A DNA stretch of 64,000 nucleotides from Vulcanimicrobiota bacterium (GTDB lineage Bacteria; Vulcanimicrobiota; Vulcanimicrobiia; Vulcanimicrobiales; Vulcanimicrobiaceae): assembly GCA_963820825.1 (NCBI GenBank), contig CAWGBN010000005.1:128001-192000 (forward strand), given 5' to 3'. Position 1 is the stretch's first letter; each line of letters begins with the position of its first letter. The notes under the pieces were generated by a model. The model ran no database searches and was not told the origin of the DNA. It saw nothing but the letters and a program-made list of their open reading frames with translations. This document shows, one piece after another, positions 41,676 through 51,926 of the stretch. Both the position numbers and the translations under genes were made by a program.

Positions 41676-42617
41676 CTACCAGGAGATGACGATTTGGCCG
41701 TTGCCCTTTGGCGCGCCGCCGCGAACGTTGGTTACTTTGGTCGCCCTCGATTCGATATACGACGAACCGCCGCCACCACCGCCGCCGCCGCCCGTTCCGG
41801 TGGGCTGCACCGAACCCGAGCCGCCTCCGCCACCGCCGTAGTAGCCGCCTCCGCCGCCACCGCCGCCGCCGTCGGCAAACTGTGCGCTCCCGCCGCCGAG
41901 ACCGCCAACGCCGAGCGCGCCCGCGCTGCCCGCGAACCCATAATAGCCGGTGTGACTGCCGGGACCGCCCTTGCCCCCGGTGGTCTGCGTACCGCCTTTG
42001 CCGCCGCCGCCGATCGCGCCGCGCGCATTACCGCCGCCGCGATGGCCGACGTCACCCCCGCCGTCTCCACCGCCGCCGGCGCCATAGTACGGCGCTTCCG
42101 GTATTCCGCCGCCGCCACCACCACCCGCGACGATGATACGGTCTGCTAAGGCATTACCGCCTTCGCGCAAGTCGGATGCGCCGCCGCCAGCATCGCCGCC
42201 GTAATCGTATCGGTTTCCGGTGGCGCCGCCGTCTGCACCACCGTTGAAGCCGCCTGCGCCGACCGTTCCGAGCGCGGCCTTTCCGCCTGCGCCGCCGACG
42301 AAAATCACGAGTTTTTCACCGGGCTTGACGGGGATCGTGGCTTGCACGAATCCGCCCCGGCCGCCCTTATGATCCTTGCCGCTCGGTCCGCTCGCGCCGT
42401 AAGCGGCAACGGTGAGCTGCGTTACGCCGTGCGGCACGCGGAATGTTTGCGCGTTGCCGGTGCAATCGAAGGTTTTGCTCTTCGTTCCGCCAGTGTGCGC
42501 GAACGCGCCGGCAGCGGCACCGCCAACGGGCGGCTGCGGAGCGCCGCACGACGCGAGCATCGCGATTCCTACGGCGAACGAGCTGCAGATGAAGTAAGAA
42601 CGTCGATTACACGTCAT
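41676..42617 (-). CDS. glycine-rich putative lipoprotein
   Basis: LASC lipobox, QTFRVPHGVT, GGGASDLR, IIVAGGGGG, GGGGGSSYI, GNGQIVISW. Confidence 0.8.
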   Translation of the reverse strand: MTCNRRSYFICSSFAVGIAMLASCGAPQPPVGGAAAGAFAHTGGTKSKTFDCTGNAQTFRVPHGVTQLTVAAYGASGPSGKDHKGGRGGFVQATIPVKPGEKLVIFVGGAGGKAALGTVGAGGFNGGADGGATGNRYDYGGDAGGGASDLREGGNALADRIIVAGGGGGGGIPEAPYYGAGGGGDGGGDVGHRGGGNARGAIGGGGKGGTQTTGGKGGPGSHTGYYGFAGSAGALGVGGLGGGSAQFADGGGGGGGGGYYGGGGGGSGSVQPTGTGGGGGGGGGSSYIESRATKVTNVRGGAPKGNGQIVISW

Positions 42618-42690
42618 CGCGATTTGGCTCCTTTACGTTTCGTTCGATATGAATGTGGAACGTGCGCCCTACGATATCGCTCTCACGACC

Positions 42691-42901
42691 CTATTGGCAG
42701 TAAACAGCGATCGTCACCGTACCGGTCGTATAGTCGATCGCGGAATTGAACACGAGCTTGTCGCCCTTCGGCACCGCGCCGCTGCCAAGCCGCTCCGGCA
42801 ATCGGTAACGCTGCATGAGCGGGAGCTAAGGCACCGGCGCTACCGCCGCAGCCGGACAAGACCAACAGCATCGATCCGGCATGGAGCCACAAACTTCTCA
42901 C
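42691..42901 (-). pseudogene. lipoprotein remnant (signal plus out-of-frame C-terminal stub)
   Basis: LSGC lipobox, then in another frame GAVPKGDKLVFNSAIDYTTGTVTIAVYCQ-stop. Confidence 0.45.
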
Positions 42902-42917
42902 GATCGTGCCTCTCCTT

Positions 42918-43718
42918 TCATCTCGCTACCGATATGGTCAGCCCGCGCGGCGCCGAGGCATAGTTCGCAAGTCTCTTCATCGCTTTTCCGCCGCCCGGAA
43001 ATGGCCACTCGGAAATGGTCTCTCCGGCGTTACCGCTCATCCCCGCAACCAATCCGCCCTTCATGTCGAACAGCGAGACAAAGTAGAGACGCTTGAGGTG
43101 TACGATGCCTTCGACGTGCCCGACTCTGCCGGAGACGGTGACCCGATAGATCGAAGGAGATCTTGCGGCTCCCTGGGTCACGACGTCAATGTATTTTCCG
43201 TCCCACACCACGCCGCCGGGATACCAATCGGCATTCTTATCGAAGTGAATCGCCTCAAACGATTTGCCGCCCTTCGGCAACTCAGCGAACTCAAACTCAA
43301 CGGTGCTGCCGACGTAGCCGTCGATGAAAAGATTCCCTCGATCGTCATAACCGCCCGCGTAGACTTGAAAAGGGATCGGAAAGACGGCGGGCTTTCCTGG
43401 CTGCGCCCCGGCGAAGACCTCGGCCTTCGATTCCGTCCCGCTGCCGTTATAGCTGCCGGCCAGCACGGCGAGATTTCCGGTCGTGCGATCGACCGCACAA
43501 CCTGCGGTAAAACCGTCGGCACGCGGAATGCGGATCTTTGCAAGCGGCGTCGTGCCGCCGTGAGGGAACTCGTACGCGATGTGACGCTTACCGGCGGCTT
43601 CGATCTCCCACACGTTCCCGGAAGCATCCGAACATTCGGCCCCGCCGCCGCATCCAAACAACAGCGCGGCCGCCGCCGCGGGAGCCAAAATCCAACGGTT
43701 CCAACGCACGTCGCTCAT
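42918..43718 (-). CDS. beta-propeller-like lipoprotein, paralog of 56702-57772, apparently internally deleted
   Basis: LFGC lipobox; shared ECSDxxGNVW, GCxVxxxTxxLAV, GYDxxGNLFxDG motifs. Confidence 0.7.
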   Translation of the reverse strand: MSDVRWNRWILAPAAAAALLFGCGGGAECSDASGNVWEIEAAGKRHIAYEFPHGGTTPLAKIRIPRADGFTAGCAVDRTTGNLAVLAGSYNGSGTESKAEVFAGAQPGKPAVFPIPFQVYAGGYDDRGNLFIDGYVGSTVEFEFAELPKGGKSFEAIHFDKNADWYPGGVVWDGKYIDVVTQGAARSPSIYRVTVSGRVGHVEGIVHLKRLYFVSLFDMKGGLVAGMSGNAGETISEWPFPGGGKAMKRLANYASAPRGLTISVAR

Positions 43719-43751
43719 CGCCCGTATCCTCCGCCCGGTGCGGCTATTATA

Positions 43752-44636
43752 TCAAATCGGCAGCTCCATGCGCCCCTGTGCGACGTGCACGACGTTTCCG
43801 CCGACCTCGATGCCGTCGCGCCCGTTCTCGCCGTGAATCAATACGTGGAGCAGGCTGCGGCGTCCCATCCGCACGCCCTGTTCGCTGATGAAGCGCGTGC
43901 CGTCGCTCTTGCTCACCAAGCCGTGCTTCATCATAAAGGCAGCAAGCGGCCCGGTCGCGCCGCCCGTCGCCGGGTCTTCGACGATCCCGAACTGCGGAGC
44001 GAACATCCGCGAATACGCGCCGCTCTGCGTCGGGGCGAAAACGAAGATCGAGGTGCTCTCGCGCGACGGGCGCACCAGATCGGCGTAGACGGTGCCGTCG
44101 AGCTGCACCGCGTCGACGTCGGCGCGCTCTTTGACCGCGACGAAGATCAGCGGACTTCCGGCCGAGAGCTGCTCGCACGGCACGCCCGCGACGATCCGGT
44201 CGGCGCCGAGCGATAACGCTCGCGCGCAGCGGTCGCGCGAGAACTCCGCGAGCTTGCGAATCGGCGGCGTCGTCAGCCACAGGATCGGATCGTCCCCGGC
44301 GTCAACCCGAATCGGCACAAGGCCGACGTTCTCGCTCAGCGCGAACGTCGGAGCGCTCGTTTCGACGATGCCGAGACGGCGCATGATGAAGGCCGTGCCG
44401 ATCGTGGGATGACCGGCAAATGGCAGCTCAGCAGCCGGCGTAAAGATCCGCACGCGCATTGCGCCGTCCCGCGACTCCTGCGGGAGGATAAACGTCGTTT
44501 CGGAGAGATTGAGCTCCCGCGCGACGCGCTGCATCGTCGCGCTCTCCATCTCGGTCGCGTCGGGAAAGACCGCGAGCGCGTTGCCCTGCATCGGCGTCGT
44601 CGTAAAGACGTCGACGACGTGATATGCAAACTCCAT
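43752..44636 (-). CDS. PhzF family isomerase
   Basis: VDVFT...GNALAV, NLSETTF, RIFTP..ELPFAGHPT, EDPATG, EQG. Confidence 0.92.
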   Translation of the reverse strand: MEFAYHVVDVFTTTPMQGNALAVFPDATEMESATMQRVARELNLSETTFILPQESRDGAMRVRIFTPAAELPFAGHPTIGTAFIMRRLGIVETSAPTFALSENVGLVPIRVDAGDDPILWLTTPPIRKLAEFSRDRCARALSLGADRIVAGVPCEQLSAGSPLIFVAVKERADVDAVQLDGTVYADLVRPSRESTSIFVFAPTQSGAYSRMFAPQFGIVEDPATGGATGPLAAFMMKHGLVSKSDGTRFISEQGVRMGRRSLLHVLIHGENGRDGIEVGGNVVHVAQGRMELPI

Positions 44637-44689
44637 CAGCTACCCCCTCGCCCTACTCTTCCATAAGCGGAACCGAATTGCCGCCGCCA

Positions 44690-45106
44690 TTAAGAGATCG
44701 AAAGCGCTTTTAGCAGAATGCGCGCGTGGCTTCCACCGCCGTCGCGCCGCTCCACGACGAAATGGTCGGCGTGCATCGAGATGATGAAGAGCCCGCGCCC
44801 GGTCTCGCTGAAGAGATCGTTCGGGAGGCTCGAGCTCACGTGATATCCCGGTCCACGGTCCATCACGTGCAGCGTCACGTCGCCGCCCGCCTCCGCGCAC
44901 TCCACGCGCACCTCGATGATCCCCGGGGCGTGACGCACCGCATTCGACAGAATCTCCGCGTAGATGACGTCGAGGCGAACGACTGCATCGTCACGCTCGT
45001 GCAGCTCGAGTGCCTTCCGTAGCTCCCCGCGAACTCGACCCGCTACTTCCGAGGTTCGCGGGTCGAATCTCCAATGACGCCGCATCCTTTCGATCATCCT
45101 TCGCAA
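44690..45106 (-). CDS. stand-alone HATPase_c (RsbW-like) protein
   Basis: EILSNAVRHA, VMDRGPG, ETGRGLFII. Confidence 0.8.
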   Translation of the reverse strand: MRRMIERMRRHWRFDPRTSEVAGRVRGELRKALELHERDDAVVRLDVIYAEILSNAVRHAPGIIEVRVECAEAGGDVTLHVMDRGPGYHVSSSLPNDLFSETGRGLFIISMHADHFVVERRDGGGSHARILLKALSIS

Positions 45107-45136
45107 CGGCCGCGCTATTTCTTTTCGCTCTGGGGA

Positions 45137-46295
45137 TTATCGAACGATCGTCGCCACGAACCCGCAGATTGCGCCCGCGCTCACGAGCACCGGCTCGGGC
45201 ACTCGTATCTTTGAGAAGAGCACGGCCAGTGCCACCGCCAAAACCGCGAAGCCGAAGAGATCGTGCAGGGAGCTGCGAGCCAGCAGGTACGAGGTGCCGA
45301 TGAGAACGCCGACCACCGCCACCGTAATTCCGCGCAAGAAGCCCTGTACGCGGCCGTTCCCGCGATAGCGGCGCAGAAGCGGCGTTCCGATCAGCACGAA
45401 GAGCAGCGACGGCGTGAAGATGCCCAGCGTGGCTGCCGTCGCGCCGGAGAGTCCGTGATTCAAGAAACCGACGAACGTCGCCGTGATCACGACGGGGCCC
45501 GGCGAGATGATCCCGACGGCGACCGCGTCCAAGAAGGCTTGGTTCGAGAGCCAATGGTACTGGTCGACGACGTACGCCTTGAGAAACGGCACGATTACCA
45601 GACCGCTGCCGAAGACCAGAAAGCCCGTTTTGAAGAAAAACCAGAAGAGCTTCGCCGGCAGAACGCTTTGATACGCGCCCGACACGGCGGAGGCGAACGC
45701 CGGCATAACGGCACGCGACGAACCCGACGACGGCGCCGGTCTCGAGCCATCACCCCCCGATAACGGCTGATTGAAGAGCACGATGCCGAGCACTCCCGCG
45801 GCGATAAAGATCGCCACGAGTTCCTTCCCGACCACGATCGTTACGATGCAGGCAACGAGCGCAAAACCGTAGGCAAGCCACTCTCGGCGCAGCGTCTTGC
45901 GACCGAGATCCCAGCACGAGCGAATCACGATCGCGATGACCACCGGGCCGACGCCGTAAAAGAGCGCGCGCAGTTCCCAGGTCGAGCCGAAGCGCACGTA
46001 GAGCGCGCCCACCGCGATGACGATGAGAAATGGTGCCGCTGCGAACGTTACGGCGACCGTTAGCGCGCCGGCCACTCCGTGCAGCACGTAGCCGCAATAC
46101 ATGCCCAGCTTATACGCCAGCGGACCGGGCGAGACGGTCGCAATCGCCAGCCCCTCGTCGTATTCACCGGCCGCGATCCAGCGGTAGCGATCGACGAGAT
46201 CTCGCCGCATGTAATTTGCCAGGGCGACCGGCCCCCCGAAACCGGTCAGCCCCAACCGTAGAAAGTAGCCGGCGAGCGCGCCGAGCGACGGCGCG
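45137..46295 (-). CDS. chrA: chromate efflux transporter (no clear start codon)
   Basis: FLRLGLTGFGGP, SPGP, FFKTGFLVFGSG, ISPGPVVITATFVG. Confidence 0.85.
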
Positions 46296-47450
46296 TTACG
46301 GCTCGAGTTCGTGAACGCTGTTGTCGTTACGGTCGGTGTAGTAGAGCACGGTATCGCTATCGTTCGTGCCTACCGCCTTCACGCCGAAAATCCCGGCCGT
46401 CTTGTTCTTATCGACGAGCTTGGTCGCGAGAATCTTCCCCGTCGGCGTCATCTCGACGAGCGTGTTGCCGCCTTGCGTATTAGCGACGATCAGGTTTCCG
46501 TTGGGCAAGAGCGTCATCGCGACGGGCGCGTCGAGCGGCTTGCCGGCGTGTACCAGCTTCGCGCACGTGGACTTCGGATACTTGCACTTGAACGTCTTGC
46601 CGCCTTTGAGCACGACGATCTCGTCGGTCACGAGCAGCTCGGTCGCGTTCTCGAAGGCCACAACGGTATTGTCCACGCCGTCGACCGCGTAGAGCGTGCC
46701 CTTCTTGTTGGTGTTGAAGACCAGGCCCGACGGCCCCAGCGTGCTCCAACCCGACTTCTTGTTGATCGCAAGTCCGCTGATCACTTCGGTCGCCTTACGG
46801 TTGCCGTAGTAGTTGACGCTGAAGTCGACGATGCCGCCGTTCTGCGCGTCGCTCACGTACACGGGTTCGGCCGAGTAGCCGCAATGCGATACGCCGCCCG
46901 TGCAGGCCGCATCGACGACCGAAAACGGACCCTGCAGCGGCTTACCCCAGGTCTTTCCGAGCTTTCCGCTGGGCTTGTACTGCGCTGCGAGGTGGCTCGC
47001 GAATCCCGCCGTGTAGTCGTCGTCGCTCGCCGGGCTGAGCGAATCGTCGGCACAACCGCTGCTCTTCGCGTTTTGCTCGAAGGTGGCCGGTTTCGATCCG
47101 GGCTTCGAGTCGAGCGTCTCGACCGAGATGCCTTTACCGGCTGCGCCGGTCTTGTCTTCAAAATCGCAGACCAAGAGTTGACCCTTCTTCAGGCCGCCGA
47201 AGCTCGTAGCGACGACCGAGACACCGCGCGGGCCCTGGTCGCCGTTCTTCGGATCGACCGTCGATCCGATCATTACGTTCTTCTTCAATTTCTTCAGAAT
47301 CGACGTCGTGTCGACGTTGTCGACAATCGACGAATCGTACGTCGAGAGCATCGCGCTCGATCTCGACGGCACGGCGCTCGAGTTGCACGCGCTCAGGAAG
47401 AGCAGCGAGCCTGCCAGGAGCGACACGATGCTCTTGTTTTGGTATGTCAT
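46296..47450 (-). CDS. secreted Lys-rich beta-propeller-like lipoprotein
   Basis: LSAC lipobox, STVDPKNGDQGP, GPSGL, PNGNLIVANT. Confidence 0.75.
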   Translation of the reverse strand: MTYQNKSIVSLLAGSLLFLSACNSSAVPSRSSAMLSTYDSSIVDNVDTTSILKKLKKNVMIGSTVDPKNGDQGPRGVSVVATSFGGLKKGQLLVCDFEDKTGAAGKGISVETLDSKPGSKPATFEQNAKSSGCADDSLSPASDDDYTAGFASHLAAQYKPSGKLGKTWGKPLQGPFSVVDAACTGGVSHCGYSAEPVYVSDAQNGGIVDFSVNYYGNRKATEVISGLAINKKSGWSTLGPSGLVFNTNKKGTLYAVDGVDNTVVAFENATELLVTDEIVVLKGGKTFKCKYPKSTCAKLVHAGKPLDAPVAMTLLPNGNLIVANTQGGNTLVEMTPTGKILATKLVDKNKTAGIFGVKAVGTNDSDTVLYYTDRNDNSVHELEP

Positions 47451-47544
47451 GCTGACCTCACGAGTAGTGTCGGGATGGGTCTGGCCCGCTTTCGCGGGCG
47501 TTCTTGTCCAGCCTGCAAGAGCAAGTAACCTACGTTAATTCGTA

Positions 47545-48402
47545 CTAAAACTCGAAGCGAGGCGATCGAGCGCCGCTATCTCTGCTTCGTTCAACCTCAG
47601 CGCGGCGGCGGCAACGTTCTCTTCGAGATGCGCGAGCGACGACGTGCCGGGAATCGGCACCATCGCCGGCGAGCGATGCAGCAACCAGGCCAGCCCAACC
47701 TGCCAGATCGTCGCGTCGGCGCGCGGCCGCGATCGGCTTCAGCCCTTCGATCGCGTGAAGGTCGCCGCCGTCGAGCGGGAAGTATGGAATGAAGACGATG
47801 CCGTTTTGTTCGCAATACTCGACGATGGATTCGCTTCCGCGATCGCCGACGTTGTAGCTGTTCTGCACCGAGGCAATCTCGACGATGCACTTGCGCCGCC
47901 TGCAGCTGGGCTCAGCGTCACGTTGGAAAGGCCGGCGTAACGGATCTTCCCGTCGTCGCGCAGCGTCGCGCAGCGCACCGACCTGATCTTCGAACGGAAC
48001 CGTCGGATCGACCGCGTGCAGCTGATAGAGGTCGATCCACTCGAGGCGCAGCCGCCGCAGGCTTCCCTCGCACGCCTGCGCTTGCAGATGCGACGGGCGT
48101 CCGTCGCGCCCCCAATCGTCCCGGGCCGCCGCGCGTGGATCCGCCCTTCGTCGCGATGACCAGATCGTCGGATACGGATAGAGTGCCTGCGCGATCTGCT
48201 CTTCGTTGACGTGCGGTCCGTACGCGTCGGCGGTGTCGATGAAGTTTACGCCGAGCTCGACGGCGCGGCGCAATACGTGCAGTGCGTTCTCGCGATCGCC
48301 GGCCATCCCCAGATTCGCTGGTCCGCAGAGGCGCATTGCGCCGAAGCCGAGCCGGTTCACGTGCAGCTCGTCACCGATGGCGATCGTCGTCGCGTCGTTC
48401 AT
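47545..48402 (-). CDS. aldo/keto reductase (indels)
   Basis: RLGFGAMRL, FIDTADAYGP, IDLYQLH, GLSNV, PIPGTSS. Confidence 0.85.
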   Translation of the reverse strand: MNDATTIAIGDELHVNRLGFGAMRLCGPANLGMAGDRENALHVLRRAVELGVNFIDTADAYGPHVNEEQIAQALYPYPTIWSSRRRADPRAAARDDWGRDGRPSHLQAQACEGSLRRLRLEWIDLYQLHAVDPTVPFEDQVGALRDAARRREDPLRRPFQRDAEPSCRRRKCIVEIASVQNSYNVGDRGSESIVEYCEQNGIVFIPYFPLDGGDLHAIEGLKPIAAARRRDDLAGWAGLVAASLAGDGADSRHVVARASRRERCRRRAEVERSRDSGARSPRFEF

Positions 48403-48424
48403 CGCGCGCTCTTCGGTCGGAGAT

Positions 48425-48458
48425 AAAAAAAGACCGCCCGGCTTGCGCCGGGCGGCCG
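48425..48458 (-). terminator. intrinsic terminator after the phasin-like gene
   Basis: Minus strand GGCCGCCCGGC-GCAA-GCCGGGCGGTC-TTTTTTT. Confidence 0.8.
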
Positions 48459-48480
48459 CGTGATACGGAGCCGTTGAAAG

Positions 48481-48851
48481 TTACTTACTTCGAGGTTAAC
48501 GGGCTTGTTCGGCATCGAGGTTCTGGTTGATGTTCTGGTCATCGTCGCGGTCGCGCCTTGAACGTCGCCTCGGTCTGCTTCTGGGTCTCGACGATCATCT
48601 CGGCGATGCGCAGGGTGTAGGCCTTGCGCAGCTCGAGGAGCTGGCTGGCGAAGCCGAACGAGAGCTCGACGAACTGCGTCGGCGGTCGGCATGTTCTCGA
48701 AGGCCGGCATGGTGCCCGGCTTCTCGTTCATCTCGCTGCCGAACTCGCGGAACGAGCTCATCGCCTTGAGGCTCGCCTCTTGCGTCTGCTTGATCGCGGC
48801 GAGACCCTCTTCTTGAAACTTGTTCATGTACTCGAATACGTTGACGGCCAT
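48481..48851 (-). CDS. putative phasin / granule-associated amphipathic protein (indels)
   Basis: FQEEGLAAIKQTQEASL...FVELSFGFASQLLELRKAY; lies in the PHA cluster; strong SD AAGGAG. Confidence 0.55.
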
Positions 48852-48887
48852 GATTGAACCTGGTCTCCTTCAGCGTATTACTTTGTG

Positions 48888-48922
48888 TGCTAAGTATACC
48901 AAGCAGATGCTGTGCCTGTCAA
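48888..48922 (-). promoter_or_regulatory. sigma-70 promoter with palindromic operator over the -10 box
   Basis: TTGACA-18 nt-TATACT; TGCTaaGTATACcaAGCA at 48888-48905. Confidence 0.7.
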
Positions 48923-48975
48923 CCTCGCGGCACCGGGACACACTTGGGCAACGGGGCCGGGCGCCAGGCGGCTGC

Positions 48976-49349
48976 TTACTCTCTTCCGACGAAGCTCCGG
49001 TAGATCCGGATGATCGCTTCCTTTTGGTCGACCGTCAGGCGCGGGTCGAGCTTGACCGCGTGCTCGACGCCGTGGTGGCTCTCGTCGCGGCCCGGGGAGT
49101 CGTCGAGCAGGCCGGCCTGCGCGTACATCGTCTCGGCCGAGATGTGCAGCGCGTTGGCGATGCTCTTGAGCACGTCGGCCGAGGGCTTGTAGAGCCCGCG
49201 CTCGACCTGGCTCAGGTACGGGTTGGAGATCTTCGCGATCTCGGCCAGCTGGCGCATCGAGAGATTCGCCAGCTCGCGCTGGCTGCGAATGAAGTCGCCG
49301 AGGCTGCGCCAGGCGCCGCGCCGGGCCGGCTCTTGTCGTCGTCGCTCAC
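48976..49349 (-). CDS. XRE-family HTH regulator
   Basis: LGDFIRSQRELANLSMRQLAEIAKISNPYLSQVERGLYKPSA. Confidence 0.88.
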
Positions 49350-51119
49350 TGACTGCGCCTTGACTTTCGGCGCGAACGGCTCGCCGGCTCTCGTTGCGGA
49401 CGTACCGCCCGGGCGCCGGTTCGCCCTCCGGCAGTCGGTACGGCTCACGCATCGGCCCGCCGTGCGCCTCGGCCCACACGGCCCAGTCTTCCCACCACGA
49501 GCCTTGATGCCGGTCGGCGCTCTCGAGCCATTCGTCGGCGCGTCTCGCCGCGCTGCGCTGCCGGCCTTCGTGTAGTGCCAGGTCTTCTTCCCGCCGGGCG
49601 GATTGACGATGCCGGCGATGTGCCCGGAGTTGGTCAGCACGTACTTCGACTCGCCGCCGACGTGCTGCGTCGTCAGATAGGTCGCGCGCCACGGCGCGAT
49701 GTGATCGTTCTCGGCGCCCAGCACGTAGAGCGGCGCGTGATCTTGCCCGAGGTCGATCGGCGTGTCGCCGATCGCGAACGCGCCCGGCTTGACGATCGCG
49801 TTGTGCAGATAGCAGGCGCGCAGGTACTCCGAGTGCATCTCGACCGGCATCCGCGTCGAATCGTTGTTCCAGGCGAGAATGTCGAACGCCGGCGGCTGCT
49901 TGCCCTTGAACCAGTTGTTGACGACGTAGCTCCAGATCAGATCGCTGCGAGCGCATCCAGTCGAAGGTCCGCGCCATCTCCGCGCGATTCGAGATAGCCG
50001 CGTTCGCGCATCCGCTTCTCGAGCCGCACGATCGTGTCTTCGTCGGTGAAGACGCCGAGATCGCCGGGAATGCTGAAGTCGATCAGCGTGTTCGTCACCG
50101 TCGCGCGACGCGACGCGGTCGCCCTGGCCGTGCGCCGCGAGATAGGCCATCGCGACCAGCGCCAGCGTTCCGCCCAGGCAGAGCGCCGCGACGTTGACTT
50201 GCGGCGCGCCGGTGATTTCCTGCACCGCGTCGATGCGCGGCCAGAACGCCGTCGCGCAGATAGTGATCCATCGTGTAGTGCGACATCGCTTCGTCGGGAT
50301 TGCGGTACGAGATCATGAAGGTCTGGTGGCCGTGCTGCACCGCCCACTCGACGAACGAGCGCCCCGGCGCCAGATCCATGATGTAGTACTTGTTGATCCA
50401 CGGCGGGCTGCAGAGCAGCGGAATCGCGTGCACCTGCGGCGTCTGCGGATCGTAGGCGATCAGCTCGATCAGCTCGTTGCGCATGACGACGCGGCCCGGG
50501 CGTCGTGGCGATGTTCTTGCCCAAGCTCGAAGCCCGACTTGTCGACCTGGCGCGGATAGCCGCCGTTGTTCTGCACGTCGTCGAGGAAGTTTTGCATGCC
50601 CGTGCACGCAGGCTCATCCCGCCGGTACTCGGTCGCCTCTTTCACGACGCCCGGATTGAGCCACGGCACGTTGCTCGGCGCGAACGCGTCGCACATCAGC
50701 TGCATCGCGAAGCGCGCCTTGCGCCGCGTCGTCTCCGGCAGACGCGCCGAATCGACCAGCTGCATCGCCGCTTGCGTGCGCGCCTGGTAGTCTTCGACGA
50801 ATCCCGCGAGCATCGGATTGCTGCTCCACTCCGGCTCGGCGAAGCGTTTGTCGCGGCTGCAGCCTGAGCGCGGCCCAGCGGCGCCGTCGAAGGGCTCCTG
50901 CCGCCCAGGCGCCGCAGCATGTTCGAGCCCGACGTTCTGTTCGGCCAGCGCGAAGCCGGTCAGCCACGTGCTCATGCGCATCGGATCGATCATCACGTCG
51001 GCCATCACCGCGCGCAGCGCGTCGGTCAGCGACGCCGGGTCGAGTCCGGTGACGTCGATGCCGTAGCTCAGCTCCTCGGGCGGCATCTGCAGGTCAGCGA
51101 TTCGTTCATCGACGCTCAC
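49346..51119 (-). CDS. phaC: polyhydroxyalkanoate synthase (class I/II size; indels)
   Basis: APSN..WLNP, PPWINKYYIMDL, ISYRNP, ALCLGGT lipase box, WNNDST, DHIAPW, SGHIAGIVNPP. Confidence 0.92.
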
Positions 51120-51880
51120 ATGTACCATCCGCCGTTGATATTGTACACCGCGCCGGTGATATAGCCGGCCTTTTCGTCGAGCAGGAAGCGCACGAGCTGC
51201 GCGACCTCTTCGGGCTGCCCGAGCCGCGCTCGCGGCGTCTGCTCGATCGCCGTTTCGATCGCCGCGCAGCGGCATCGCCTGGGTCATGTCGGTGTCGATG
51301 AAGCCCGGCGCGACCGCGTTGACGGTGATGCCGCTTCTTGGCGACCTCGACGCGCCACCGTCTTGGTGAGGCCGATGCAGGCCCGCTTTGGCGGCGGCGT
51401 AGTTCGCCTGGCCGAAGTTGCCGCTCTCGCCCGACCACCGAGCTGATGTTGACGATCCGCCCGAAACCCTGCGTCGACCATCGTGTCGAGCACGGCCTTG
51501 ATCATGAAAAACGGCCCCGAAAGATTGACTTGCAGAACCGCTTCCCACTCTTCGACCGTCATCTTGCGAACCGTGTGATCGCGGGTGATGCCGGCGTTGT
51601 TGACGAGGAAGTCGATGCGCCCGTGCTCGCGCAGCACGTGCCGTCGACGGCCTCCTGACAGCGCTCGAAGACGCCGACGTTCGTCTCGTAAAAGTGAAGC
51701 CGCGACGCAGCGCCGTTGAGATGCGACGCCAGCTTCTCGGTGCGCTCCCGGTCCTCGGGAGGCCGAGGATGGCGACGGTTGCGCCGTCCTCGGCGAGCAG
51801 GCGGCTGATCGCGCCGCCGATGCCCCGGGAGCCGCCCGGTGACGATGCCGACGCGTTCTCTGAAGAGGTAGACTGTTCAC
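51116..51880 (-). CDS. phaB: acetoacetyl-CoA reductase (indels)
   Basis: NNAGITRD, GNFGQANYAAAKAG, APGFIDTDM; directly upstream of phaC. Confidence 0.8.
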
Positions 51881-51926
51881 GCGCTAGATTTACCCAACGC
51901 CGCGGCGCAGACGCCTTCAGCCGTCC

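Noticed and set aside
41760..42300. CCG/CCA-rich tandem repeats
   Set aside because: Explained by glycine codons of the minus-strand gene; not a CRISPR array or VNTR.
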